The translations under genes and the position numbers were made by a program. Below the pieces are notes generated by a model, which was not told where the DNA came from, did not search any database, and was given only the letters and a program-made list of their open reading frames with translations. From Candidatus Omnitrophota bacterium (GTDB lineage Bacteria > Omnitrophota > Gorgyraeia > JAHJTE01), in the NCBI GenBank assembly GCA_018830005.1, contig JAHJTE010000001.1:257332-321331 (forward strand): a stretch of 64,000 bases of DNA, given 5' to 3'. Positions 20,458-30,451 of this stretch are shown in pieces. Numbering within the stretch: the first letter of the stretch is position 1; every line of letters starts with the position of its first letter.

Positions 20458-21606
20458 TTGATTGTGAAATCATTACTTGTTACTTTTGATTTTCCCCCTA
20501 TAGTCAGTGGAATTGGCACTGTTTTTTATAATATCTGGAGGCTAATGTCTCCAGAAAATAACTTTATTTTAGCCCCCAAGGTAAAAGGGTATAAAATAAT
20601 AGACAGTAGCAGCGGATTGAGTATATTCCGTTACTTTAGTTTTTGTCGCTCTGCTTTTTTGAGAGCAGTCATTTTATTTTTTTATACCTTTTGGATAGTT
20701 CGAAAAAAAAGGATAGATATTATAGTTTGTGGCGTTCCTGTCAGCATAGGTTTAATCGGATTAGTATTTAAAAAGATAGCCAGATTACCTTATTGCGTAT
20801 TTTATTATGGTGGAGAATTAGAGAAATATAAAAGACGCAAAATCATTTTAAGGCTATTAGAGAGGGTCCTTAAGAACGCTTGTTTTGTCATTGTCAATAG
20901 CGAGTTTACGAGTAAAGAAGTGAAGAAATTTGGCATAGAGGAAGATAAAGTTATAAAGGTTACGCCTGGTGTAGATGTGCAGATTTTTAAGCCAGATTTG
21001 GATTGTTCTGATTTAAAAAAGCGTTTAGGCCTTGAGAACAAAAAAGTATTATTAACTGTATCGCGCTTGGTAGAACGCAAAGGGATTGATGTGGTTATTA
21101 AGGCGTTAGCGAGGCTTAGTGAGAAATTTCCTAGTTTAGTATATTTAATTGTAGGCAGTGGCGAACAAGAGGGTTATCTTAAAGCCCTTGTTGAGAAAAA
21201 TTCACTGAACAAGAACGTTATCTTTATCGGTAAGGTTACGAATGAAGACCTGCCAAAATATTATAATCTTTGCGATATTTACGTTATGCCCAATAGGAAG
21301 ACCCTTGGTGAAGAGATTATAGAAGGTTTTGGTATTTCTTTTATTGAGGCTTCGGCATGCGCTAAGCCTGTTATTGGTGGTAATTCCGGAGGCGCAGGAG
21401 AAGCTGTTTGGGATAAGCGTACTGGGTTTTTAATTGACTCTGAAGATATAGATGCACTTGTGCAAAGTATTACTTGTTTATTAGAGGATGAGAAGCAAGC
21501 GGGTGAACTGGGTAATACTGGGCGCAGATTGATGCAAGAAGAGTTCAGGTGGCAATATCGCGCAGATAGCCTCAAAAAGATATTAAGCTGTTGTCTTCAA
21601 AAATAG
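20458..21606 (+). CDS. Glycosyltransferase family 4 (PimB-like)
   Basis: TFDFPPIVSGI, SRLVERKGID, EGFGISFIEA; probable start GTG 20464. Confidence 0.9.
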   Translation: MIVKSLLVTFDFPPIVSGIGTVFYNIWRLMSPENNFILAPKVKGYKIIDSSSGLSIFRYFSFCRSAFLRAVILFFYTFWIVRKKRIDIIVCGVPVSIGLIGLVFKKIARLPYCVFYYGGELEKYKRRKIILRLLERVLKNACFVIVNSEFTSKEVKKFGIEEDKVIKVTPGVDVQIFKPDLDCSDLKKRLGLENKKVLLTVSRLVERKGIDVVIKALARLSEKFPSLVYLIVGSGEQEGYLKALVEKNSLNKNVIFIGKVTNEDLPKYYNLCDIYVMPNRKTLGEEIIEGFGISFIEASACAKPVIGGNSGGAGEAVWDKRTGFLIDSEDIDALVQSITCLLEDEKQAGELGNTGRRLMQEEFRWQYRADSLKKILSCCLQK

Positions 21607-21629
21607 CAAAAAACAAATTTTGATTCAGT

Positions 21630-22295
21630 ATGAGTATATTAAGCCGTATATATGAGAAGCTTAGATTTTTAATTGCGCGTAAAGGCGAAAAAGGAGAGTA
21701 TTCTTCAGGATATCTGCCTTCTAAGGTAAGGGATGAATTCTTAAGCATATGTAAGAGGAAATCAGGTAGGATCCTAGAGATTGGTTGCGGCGAGGGACTG
21801 TTTATTATAAATTTATTAAAGAAAGCTAAGGGATTGAAGATATTTGGCGTTGATATTTTACGAGAAGGCCTACTAAATGCCAAAGAGAAATTAAAGGCCC
21901 AAGATGCTAAAGCAGTAAACTTAATTGAATCTAACGGTAACGAGCTTTGTTTTAAGGATAACACCTTTGATTATGTAGTATGTTTAAATACGCTTTTTAA
22001 TTTGCCTTCTTTTGAAAATGTAAAAGGAATTATTGCTGAATCTGTGCGCGTGGCTAAAAAAGGCGCAGAGATTATAGTAGATATTAGAAATAAGAATGAT
22101 CTAGTTACGTCTTTACGTTATAGATTTGTTAAGCTTTATGATTCAAAATGCGCTGTAGCGTTAAGACAATATGACCCACAAGAGATTATTGAAATTTTTG
22201 AGCAAAATAACGCCGAGGTTCTAGAGGTTTTACCTATTAGAGCTTTTTTTAACTTAACTGTCCCTATAACAATTATTAAGGCCAAGAAAAGATAA
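21630..22295 (+). CDS. Class I SAM-dependent methyltransferase
   Basis: ILEIGCGEG, FKDNTFD, RVAKKG. Confidence 0.85.
   Translation: MSILSRIYEKLRFLIARKGEKGEYSSGYLPSKVRDEFLSICKRKSGRILEIGCGEGLFIINLLKKAKGLKIFGVDILREGLLNAKEKLKAQDAKAVNLIESNGNELCFKDNTFDYVVCLNTLFNLPSFENVKGIIAESVRVAKKGAEIIVDIRNKNDLVTSLRYRFVKLYDSKCAVALRQYDPQEIIEIFEQNNAEVLEVLPIRAFFNLTVPITIIKAKKR
21704..21780 (+). repeat. Direct repeat copy 2 (inside the methyltransferase gene)
   Basis: 75 of 77 positions identical to 20313..20389. Confidence 0.95.
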
Positions 22296-23482
22296 TGATT
22301 TTAAAAAAAGTTCCTATAGTTGCTACAGACTTTAATATCCCTGATATCTTTTCAGTCTTTAGGGGTTTTAAGGCCAAGGAAAGATTCGAGAAAGAATTAG
22401 CCGCCTCTCTAGGTTTAAAATATGTTTTTACTGTTGATTCTGGCACTAGCGCTTTTTATCTTATATTAAAGGCGCTATCTTCAACTTATCCGGATAAAAA
22501 AGAAGTTGTTTTGCCTGCCTATACTGCTGCCTCATTGGTTTTACCTATAAAAAGATTGGGCTTAAAAATAGTTCTCTGTGATATTTCCTTGGATACTTTT
22601 AACCTAGATATAGAAGGTCTTAATAATTTGATCTCAAAAAATACTCTCTGTGTAACTGTAGTGCATCTATTTGGCTTGGTCTTTGATTTAGAGGCTTTTA
22701 GTAGTATTATCAAACGAAAAGGGATAGATACTATTATCGTTGAAGATTGCGCTCAAGCTTTAGGCTCTTTCATAAACAAACGATCTGTTGGTTCTGGAAG
22801 CGATGTGAGCCTTTTTAGTTTTAATCGAGGTAAAAATATGTCTACTGCTTCGGGTGGTGCAATAGGCGCAAATGATGATAGGTTGGCCGATTTGATTAGA
22901 AAAGAGATAAACATCTTAAGGGGCCCGTCAATTTTTAATAAGTTTATGATTATTGTAAAACTTATTTTGCTTTCTTTGGTTGTAAGGCCACTTATATATA
23001 ATTGTCTTTATCACGTATTAAAGACCTTTAGAAGCACAAAGACACCTATGGATTTTTCTGTCTCAAATTATACAGATGTACAATCTAGGGTCGGATTATC
23101 TTTATTAAAGAGATTGCATCTTTTTAGTAAAGCAAGACATTCAAACGGCTCGTTTCTTTATGATTTATTAAGTAATAAGCAGGATCTTATTATTCCTCAT
23201 ATTCTTAATCTCAGCATACCAGCCTATAATCGTTTTCCTGTTATATTCAGAGATATCCAGGTAAAAAAGAGGATTAGGACAATTCTTTCTGAAGCAGGCA
23301 TAGATAGTTCAGAGATGTATGAGCAGCCTTTGCATTTTAAATTCAATCTCGGATATAAAAAAGGAGATTTCCCTAATGCAGAATTTATTGCTGAAAGGCT
23401 TCTTACGTTGCCGAGCCATCCTTTAGTAAATAAGGCTATGTTGAATTTAATGCGGAAAATTTTTGATGAAAATTTGCAATGA
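22295..23482 (+). CDS. DegT/DnrJ/EryC1/StrS PLP-dependent sugar aminotransferase
   Basis: SGTSA, VHLFG, VEDCAQALG, FSFNRGK (PLP lysine), LTLPSHP. Confidence 0.9.
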   Translation: MILKKVPIVATDFNIPDIFSVFRGFKAKERFEKELAASLGLKYVFTVDSGTSAFYLILKALSSTYPDKKEVVLPAYTAASLVLPIKRLGLKIVLCDISLDTFNLDIEGLNNLISKNTLCVTVVHLFGLVFDLEAFSSIIKRKGIDTIIVEDCAQALGSFINKRSVGSGSDVSLFSFNRGKNMSTASGGAIGANDDRLADLIRKEINILRGPSIFNKFMIIVKLILLSLVVRPLIYNCLYHVLKTFRSTKTPMDFSVSNYTDVQSRVGLSLLKRLHLFSKARHSNGSFLYDLLSNKQDLIIPHILNLSIPAYNRFPVIFRDIQVKKRIRTILSEAGIDSSEMYEQPLHFKFNLGYKKGDFPNAEFIAERLLTLPSHPLVNKAMLNLMRKIFDENLQ

Positions 23483-24642
23483 GTCTGATTAAAAGCTTAA
23501 AAAGAAAGATTTATAAGGCTGCCAGAGAGCCGGCTTACGCCTTGGCTGTTTTAATAAAGAGATTCGCCTCCTTATTTAGTTATTATGTTTTTCAAGGTAG
23601 AAGCAGTTGGCCCGAGACGGTTTCTTTGTTTTTGACTTACCGTTGCAATTTGGCTTGTTCGATGTGCGGCTATTGGGGAAAGTGCGGCTCTTTGAAAGAT
23701 AAAAAGGAGGATTGCCTTAGAGAAGATTTGAATCTTCAAGATTTAGAAAAGATTATCGATGATATAGCAGGCCTTGCGCCGAATATTACTCTTTTTGGCG
23801 GAGAACCGTTTCTCTATCCAGACTGGCCGGTGCTTGTAAAATATATAAAAAATAAAGGATTGCGTTGTAATGTCGTTACTAATGGTACGCTCCTTGCCGC
23901 AAGAGAGCAGGAGGTAATCGATTCTGGTCTTGATGAAATTATTTTTTCCTTAGAGGGCACACAGGAAATTCATGATAAGATTACCAATACCTTAGGTTCA
24001 TTTGATAAGGCCTTTAATGCACTTAGTAAGATTGCAAAGTTAAAGAAAATGAATAATCTGAGGTTACCCAAGATTAATGTTGCCACTACAATTTCGGAAG
24101 ATAATTTCTCTAATCTTTATGAAATATTTAAGACAGCAGAAAAACTCTCACCCGATACTATAACCTTTCATCATCTCTCTTTTGTGGATAGAGAAAGCGT
24201 TGCCAAAACCAATCGGATACTTAAAGATAATTTTGGCATACTAAGCCGAGATTGGGAAGGTTTCATCAGGAATGAACTGCCAAAGATTGATACCGCTGTC
24301 TTAATTGAAGAGATTAAAAAGATAGAGAGTTACCCGAAGGCTTGCGGTGTGTTTTTCTACCCTGATTTTAGACAAAAAGAAATAATAGAATACTACAAAG
24401 ATTTTAATTTTAAATCAAAACAATTTGCCAATCGTTGCTTAAGTCCCTGGATGACTGTTTACATATTCCCTGATGGAAAGGTGGGCCCTTGCGAGGAGTT
24501 GAATATTTATTTTGGCAATATAAAGAAAGAAAGTTTTAAGGACATTTGGAATAATCAGCAGTTTTGCAAATTCAGAAAGATTTTAAAGAGAGAGAGAATT
24601 TTTCCAGTTTGTACTCGCTGTACTGAGTTGTATCGATTCTGA
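23479..24642 (+). CDS. Radical SAM protein with SPASM/Twitch domain
   Basis: CNLACSMC, GGEP, TNG; C-terminal CLSPW..GPC..GNI..IWN..CTRC. Confidence 0.9.
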   Translation: MSLIKSLKRKIYKAAREPAYALAVLIKRFASLFSYYVFQGRSSWPETVSLFLTYRCNLACSMCGYWGKCGSLKDKKEDCLREDLNLQDLEKIIDDIAGLAPNITLFGGEPFLYPDWPVLVKYIKNKGLRCNVVTNGTLLAAREQEVIDSGLDEIIFSLEGTQEIHDKITNTLGSFDKAFNALSKIAKLKKMNNLRLPKINVATTISEDNFSNLYEIFKTAEKLSPDTITFHHLSFVDRESVAKTNRILKDNFGILSRDWEGFIRNELPKIDTAVLIEEIKKIESYPKACGVFFYPDFRQKEIIEYYKDFNFKSKQFANRCLSPWMTVYIFPDGKVGPCEELNIYFGNIKKESFKDIWNNQQFCKFRKILKRERIFPVCTRCTELYRF

Positions 24643-24644
24643 AG

Positions 24645-25811
24645 ATGAAGAAAATAAAAATTATCCACATCATTACCCGCTTGGACAGGGGCGGTTCTTC
24701 AAGGATAGTACTGGATATTACAAAGTCCTTAAATAAGGATGATTTTAGTCAAAAGATTATCAGTGGGTTGACTAAAGATCCGGAGCAGGATTTGAATGAA
24801 TTTAGTAAACAGAGCGGGGTTCAAATTATATTCCTAGATTGCCTACGCAGAGATATTAATATCTTTTTAGATTTTTTTAGCTTGTTTAAATTGTATCGGT
24901 TGATTAAGAGAGAAAAGCCAGACATTATTCATACCCATACTTCCAAGGCAGGTTTTTTGGGTCGCTTAGCAGCAAGGATGGCTAAGGTAGAGGTTATTAT
25001 TTATATGCCACACGGCAATATTTTTTATGGCTACGCCGGAGCGTTATTATCTAGATTATTCGAAATACTTGAGCGATTTTGTGCTAATTTTACCGATATA
25101 ATCGTTACGCTTACTGATATTGGAAAGAAAGAGTTTCTTTCTAGGGGCATTGGGGGGCAAGAAAAGTTTGTCACGATTCATAATGGAATAGATTTTAAAG
25201 AATATGAACAAATTAATCTTAGAAGAGTAGAACAGTTAAAACAGGAGTTTAAGATAGCGAAAGATTGTGCTGTAGTCACTACTGTATCCAGGCTTGAGTC
25301 AGTTAAGGGGATAGAATTTTTTATTAAGGCTTTAAAACAGTTGGATAAAACCGGTGCTAATTTTAAGGCATTAATAGTGGGGGAAGGTTCCCTAAAGACT
25401 AAATTAGTAAAGTTTGCTAGGGTATTAGATTTGGAAGACAAAATTATTTTTTTAGGTTTCAGAGAAGATATAAAAGAGATTATTGCTTTATCTGATTGCG
25501 TAGTGAATCCAGCCTTAAATGAGGGCTTTGGCTTGGTTATTTTAGAGGCGTTTGCCTTAGCTAAGCCAGTCATCGCTACCCGGGTAGGAGGGGTGAGGGA
25601 GATTGTGGAAGATAATAATACAGGTATCCTTGTTCAGCCAGCAAATCCCGATGAGCTGACAGAGGCAATTGTCGAGGTTTTACAAAATAAAGAGAAGACA
25701 AAAGCATTAACATCTCAGGCGAAAACTAAATTAGAAAAAGAGTTTACAAAAGAAAAAATGTTAGCAAGCTTTAGAGACCTATACTTAAATCTTGCAAAGG
25801 GTAAAAAATAG
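24645..25811 (+). CDS. Glycosyltransferase family 4
   Basis: HIITRLDRGG, HTHTSKAGFLGRLAA, NEGFGLVILEA. Confidence 0.9.
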   Translation: MKKIKIIHIITRLDRGGSSRIVLDITKSLNKDDFSQKIISGLTKDPEQDLNEFSKQSGVQIIFLDCLRRDINIFLDFFSLFKLYRLIKREKPDIIHTHTSKAGFLGRLAARMAKVEVIIYMPHGNIFYGYAGALLSRLFEILERFCANFTDIIVTLTDIGKKEFLSRGIGGQEKFVTIHNGIDFKEYEQINLRRVEQLKQEFKIAKDCAVVTTVSRLESVKGIEFFIKALKQLDKTGANFKALIVGEGSLKTKLVKFARVLDLEDKIIFLGFREDIKEIIALSDCVVNPALNEGFGLVILEAFALAKPVIATRVGGVREIVEDNNTGILVQPANPDELTEAIVEVLQNKEKTKALTSQAKTKLEKEFTKEKMLASFRDLYLNLAKGKK

Positions 25812-26501
25812 ATGATTATTTCAGTGCATCAACCACAATATTTACCCTGGTTAGGGTTTTTTGATAAGATTGACAGAAGCGATTGCTTTGTATTTTTAGA
25901 TAATGTCCAATATAAAAAACGCGAATTCCAAAACAGAAACAAAATCCGTACCAAAGATAGCTGGATATGGTTGACCGTACCCGTAATTACCAAAGGTTTA
26001 TATACTCAAAAGATTAACGAGGTAGAAATTGACAATGACCTTGATTGGTCTAATGATCATCTAAAAAGCATTAAATTTAACTATAGCCGTGCCCAGTTTT
26101 TTAAAGTTTATTTTGAATTTTTCCAAAAGCTCTATTCAAAGAAATGGCAAAGATTAGCTGATTTGAATGTGTTCATAATAAAGGAGATGCTTCTTTCTCT
26201 GGGAATCAGAAAAGATATTTATTTTGAGTCAGAGTTAGGTATAATCTCTGAAAAGTCTTGCCGGATAATAGATATCTGCAAAAGATTGAATGCTGATACA
26301 TATTTTTCTGGTGAGGGCGGCAGGGATTACCTTGATGAAAAACAATTTGAAAAGAATTCTATCAAATTAGTTTATCAGGATTTTGCGCATCCAGAATATG
26401 GGCAGTGCTATGGTTCATTCGTCAGCAATATGTCAATAATTGACCTTTTATTTAATCAGGGAAAAAATTCCTTGGAGATTTTAAGAGGCAAATTAGTTTA
26501 A
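25812..26501 (+). CDS. wbqC: WbqC family protein (putative N-glycyltransferase)
   Basis: HQPQYLPWLGFFDK, QNRNKI, WLTVP, SIIDLLFN. Confidence 0.9.
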   Translation: MIISVHQPQYLPWLGFFDKIDRSDCFVFLDNVQYKKREFQNRNKIRTKDSWIWLTVPVITKGLYTQKINEVEIDNDLDWSNDHLKSIKFNYSRAQFFKVYFEFFQKLYSKKWQRLADLNVFIIKEMLLSLGIRKDIYFESELGIISEKSCRIIDICKRLNADTYFSGEGGRDYLDEKQFEKNSIKLVYQDFAHPEYGQCYGSFVSNMSIIDLLFNQGKNSLEILRGKLV

Positions 26502-26504
26502 GCT

Positions 26505-27069
26505 ATGAATCGAGTAAAAAAGACAATATCCAATGTTGTATTGATTCTTGGTTCATTTTTATTTGTCCTGTTTATACTTGAGGCTGGCGTAAGGATATTT
26601 ATTCCGGTTGTAAAGCCTGCGATGATTGTAAAAAAGGCCTCGCCGAAAAATCTGGAGAAACCCTTAGCATTTCTAGAGTCGTTCTTTGAAGGGACCTTTT
26701 TGCGCAAAGGCTTAGTCCGATTTAGGCAGGGACAGAACTGTCTGGAATTAGAGAGGTTGGGATATTACAAAAGAGGAACTCAAGAAAATAAATACCCTTG
26801 CTAAAGGCACCGACGTATCTTTTGTAGTAATACGTATACATTTTTTGTATGATGTTTATAATCGCGGCGAAGATCAAGTGAGTAAAATTTTAGCTGAATT
26901 TGCTAAAAAGAATAACATTAACGTATGTGATCTATTAACAGCTCTCAGAGAGAACAGGGGCAGCGATTTATATTATCCGGCAGATGGACACTGGAAGCCT
27001 CTGGCTCATAAATTGGCAGCGGAAGGGATTTATAATTACTTAGTTGATAAGAGCTTATTAAATAAATAA
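26505..27069 (+). pseudogene. Frameshifted and internally deleted SGNH/GDSL (AlgX/AlgJ-like) hydrolase
   Basis: N-terminal TM anchor (..FILEAGVRI). A second frame opens at 26752 (RGWDITKEELKKINTLAKGTDVSFVVI..) and runs to YYPADGHW..HKLAAEGIY*. The shift lies in the AG repeat at 26750-26755, and no GDS block remains. Confidence 0.65.
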
Positions 27070-27083
27070 AGAGGTATTAGATT

Positions 27084-27758
27084 ATGTGTGATACTGCTGG
27101 TATTATTTTTGGAGTTAAAAATTTCTCTAAAGAAGAAATTGAAGGAAAGAGGATAATTGAGGTTGGTTCTTTTGATGAGAATGGAAGTTTGCGCCCTTTC
27201 ATTGAGTCGCTTAATCCTCGTGAATATATAGGAATAGACATTAAGGAAGGTCCGGGTGTAGACATGATTTGTAGCGTAGAGGAGATGGTAGAAAAATTTG
27301 GACGCGAGAGCTTTGACATTATTATTTCTACAGAGCTTTTAGAGCACGTAAGAGACTACAAGAGAGGTATTGCAAACATTAAAAATATCTGTAAACTAGG
27401 TGGCACAGTATTCATAACTACCCGTTCCTATGGTTTCCTTTATCATGGTTTCCCTAGTGATTACTGGAGATTTGAAGCCTCTGACCTGGAGTACATATTT
27501 TCAGATTGTCTTATTGAAAAAATTGAAAAGGATAAATACTCCCCGGGAGTTTTTATTAAGGTTAGAAAACCAAAAGACTTTAAGGAGAACGATTTAGCTA
27601 GTTTAGAACTATATTCCATTATTTTAGATAAAAGGACAAAAGAAATAAAACCTAAAGATATAAATATTTTTCAGAAGAGGAAAAATAGAAATCAGCGTGT
27701 TAAAAAAATAATAAATGATATAGGAAAATTATTTTATAGGATAGTAGAGAGATTTTAG
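27084..27758 (+). CDS. Class I SAM-dependent methyltransferase
   Basis: IIEVGS, YIGIDIKEGPGVD, FDIIISTELLEHV, HGFPSDYWRF. Confidence 0.85.
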   Translation: MCDTAGIIFGVKNFSKEEIEGKRIIEVGSFDENGSLRPFIESLNPREYIGIDIKEGPGVDMICSVEEMVEKFGRESFDIIISTELLEHVRDYKRGIANIKNICKLGGTVFITTRSYGFLYHGFPSDYWRFEASDLEYIFSDCLIEKIEKDKYSPGVFIKVRKPKDFKENDLASLELYSIILDKRTKEIKPKDINIFQKRKNRNQRVKKIINDIGKLFYRIVERF

Positions 27759-27848
27759 TCAATCCTTTTAAAATTAATCCAAGGCCGCAGTAGAGATTAA
27801 AAATTATTTTATGCAGATAGTTCCTTTGCAGCTAAATAAGAATCGACA

Positions 27849-28720
27849 ATGAAATCAAGATTATTAATTTACTTCAAGAGATCAGCTTTATTATTTATCG
27901 CTTTCAGTACAGTTGTTGCAATTTTATTCTTTATCTTTATCGCACCGCATAGAACCTTACCAATTTTAATGTACCATTCTATTTCAGCCGTTGAAGAGAA
28001 AAATAATCTGAGCCTGCCAAAGAATATTTTTGATAAGCAGATGCAATATTTGTCGAAAAATAATTATAAAATAATTTCTTTAAGCGAAGCTGCTAATTTG
28101 ATTAAACAAGGCTCGAGTATTCCAAATAATTTGTTGGTGTTAAACTTTGATGATGGCTATAGAGATTTCTATGGTCGGGCCTATACCATACTTAAAAAAT
28201 ATCAATTTAAGGCAACGGTTTTTGTAATTATTGATTCTCTCGGAGAAAAAAATAATCTAAGCTGGGAACAGGCGCAGGATTTAGCAAAAGACGATTTAAT
28301 AGATATTGGCGCCCATTCCTTAAGCCACAGAATTTTGCCTTTATTATCCCGCGAAGAAGCCAGGAAAGAAATTTTTCTTTCAAAATTGATTTTAGAGACA
28401 AGATTAAACAAAACTATAGAATCTTTTTGTTATCCTTATGGTGTGCTAGATGATTCCATAAAAGAGTTGGTTAAGGAGGCTGGTTTTGACCCGCTGTAGG
28501 TACTGCTTATCAGAAGGAGGAGTTTAAAGACGATGATATCTACACATTAAAAAGGGTATTTGTTTCCAAATTTTCTAAGTACCCACTTGTTTTTAGATTT
28601 ATGATTTCTGGTTATTATGTTCCTATAAGAGGATTCCTCCTAAGGCTATTAAATATAAAAACTCCGCGCGATTTTTACGCTGCAAAAAGACAAAAATCTT
28701 ATTTACTGATACAGAAATGA
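27849..28720 (+). pseudogene. Polysaccharide deacetylase with a single-base frameshift near 28490 (called ORF stops at 28499)
   Basis: ILMYHS, NFDDG, GAHSLSH, FCYPYG. Adding one base gives ..GFDxAVGT..DIYTLKRVFV.., ending in a TGA that overlaps the ATG of the next gene (ATGA 28717-28720). Confidence 0.75.
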
Positions 28721-29772
28721 AAAGATTTACCAGTAGAAAAAAAGCCCTTTCGTATATATTAATAATCTTGTTATTTTTTCTTGTAGCAGAGGTAATGTTA
28801 CGCATACGCGAAAGAGTTAAAGCAAAAGAGACCCAGGTTTATGGACAAATTAATTTTTTTTCGTCCCATCCTTTTCTTAATTATGTGCTGAATCCAAAGA
28901 TAGCGAAGCATAATTCATTAGGTTTTAGGGGTCAAGAGATAGATATTTCTAAAGAGGAAAATATTTATAGAATATTTTGCCTAGGTGCATCTAGTGTCTA
29001 TGGTTCAAGGGTTTCCCCGGAAGAGTCCTATCCTTATTTTCTTAATCAGCTTCTAAAGAATACCGTTAAAAAGAAAGTACCCGATGTGATTAACGCCGGC
29101 GTGCCGGGATACACATCAGCTAATATTTTTTTATTATTTCAATTTCGCATTCTTCCTCTATCACCTGATATGATAATAATTTATTCTGGATTTAACGACA
29201 TATTTCCCAGGATTATGGGTAAGGGTGCCTTTGATTATTCAGATTTTAATATTGTTTGGAGGCCGATACCAGCTTTAAAAAGGGCTCTATTTAAAAGTAT
29301 ATTAGCTCAAAAGATTATTGGCCGAGTGGGAGAAAGATTAGGGATTGCTTTTTTAACCTGGCCGCCGCATATTCATGAAATTGTTCAGAAATGGCCATAT
29401 CAATATGTTACTGGTGATTATAAAAGGAATTTAGCGAATACGTCTGCGCAGATTTTCCAACGAAATATTTTGTCCTTGATTCAGCTTGCCAGGGCTAATG
29501 ATGTCGATGTTGTTTTAGTGGCTCAAGTTTTAGGTCCTGTAAAAGAGAGCAAATCAATATATGCTGAATTGGCTAAAGGAATTATGGAACATAACAATGT
29601 TATTCGTAATTTAACCCGCCAGACTGGTGTTTATTTAATAGATTTAGAAAGCATATTTCCAAGGCGTTCGGAGATGTTTATCGATGAAATCCATATGAGT
29701 CCAAAGGGAAATAAAATACGCGCTGAAATTATTTCAGAAACTATAGCAAAAATTATACAAGAGGATAATTAG
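28717..29772 (+). CDS. Membrane-anchored SGNH/GDSL hydrolase (putative O-acyl esterase/transferase)
   Basis: TM anchor; NSLGFRG, CLGASSVYG, INAGVPGYTS, GFND, DEIH. Confidence 0.85.
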   Translation: MKRFTSRKKALSYILIILLFFLVAEVMLRIRERVKAKETQVYGQINFFSSHPFLNYVLNPKIAKHNSLGFRGQEIDISKEENIYRIFCLGASSVYGSRVSPEESYPYFLNQLLKNTVKKKVPDVINAGVPGYTSANIFLLFQFRILPLSPDMIIIYSGFNDIFPRIMGKGAFDYSDFNIVWRPIPALKRALFKSILAQKIIGRVGERLGIAFLTWPPHIHEIVQKWPYQYVTGDYKRNLANTSAQIFQRNILSLIQLARANDVDVVLVAQVLGPVKESKSIYAELAKGIMEHNNVIRNLTRQTGVYLIDLESIFPRRSEMFIDEIHMSPKGNKIRAEIISETIAKIIQEDN

Positions 29773-29811
29773 AAAAAAATAAAGGCAAAAGTTTTTAAAA
29801 ATTTAAATCCG

Positions 29812-29820
29812 TGATATAAT
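29812..29820 (+). promoter_or_regulatory. Extended -10 promoter element (TGnTATAAT)
   Basis: TGATATAAT 16 nt before the ATG at 29837, followed by a GAGG RBS. Confidence 0.5.
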
Positions 29821-29836
29821 CAATAGAGGTGATATT

Positions 29837-30451
29837 ATGAACATATTGGCAATCGGTGCGCATCCGGATGATATTGAATTTGGCTGCGGTGGGACATTAT
29901 TGAAATATACTAAGGCCAAAAATAATGTTTATCTTTTAATTTTAACTAAAGGAGAAATCGGAGCCTCTGGCGCTAGGCGATGTCAAGAGCAGAAAGAATC
30001 CGCTAAATTCTTAAAAGCAAAACGCGTTTTTTGGGGGAATTATAAGGACACTAAAATATGTTTAACCAAAGAGTTGATTGGAAAGATCGAGGCAATATTG
30101 AATAAGGTTAAGCCAGAGATTGTCTTATTTAATGCTCCTTCTGATATCCATCAAGATCACAGGGTGGTTGCAGAGGCCGCTATTTCAGCTACAAGATATA
30201 TAAAGAAGGTCTTATTTTATGAGGTCCCGACTACTATTGGCTTTGAGCCGGATATATTTGTTGATATTGGTGATATTATCTTTGAAAAACTCCAACTCCT
30301 AAAGTTGCATCGTTCTCAAGTGCATAAGACAAGAGTCCCAGGCTTAAGTATAATGGATAGTGCGACCTCTTGTGCAAATTTCAGGGGTTTTCAGGGGCGA
30401 GTGAAGTATGCTGAGGGATTCAAGGCCTTAAGGTTTATGTTAGAGTCATGA
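29837..30451 (+). CDS. PIG-L/LmbE family N-deacetylase
   Basis: GAHPDDIEFGCGG, HQDH, H.SQ, AEGF. Confidence 0.9.
   Translation: MNILAIGAHPDDIEFGCGGTLLKYTKAKNNVYLLILTKGEIGASGARRCQEQKESAKFLKAKRVFWGNYKDTKICLTKELIGKIEAILNKVKPEIVLFNAPSDIHQDHRVVAEAAISATRYIKKVLFYEVPTTIGFEPDIFVDIGDIIFEKLQLLKLHRSQVHKTRVPGLSIMDSATSCANFRGFQGRVKYAEGFKALRFMLES

Noticed and set aside
20391-27796. GCAGTAGAGA at two junction regions (20391 and 27787) as a cassette recombination site
   Set aside because: Only 10 bp in two copies, not seen at other junctions, and compatible with chance; no attC-like structure or integrase
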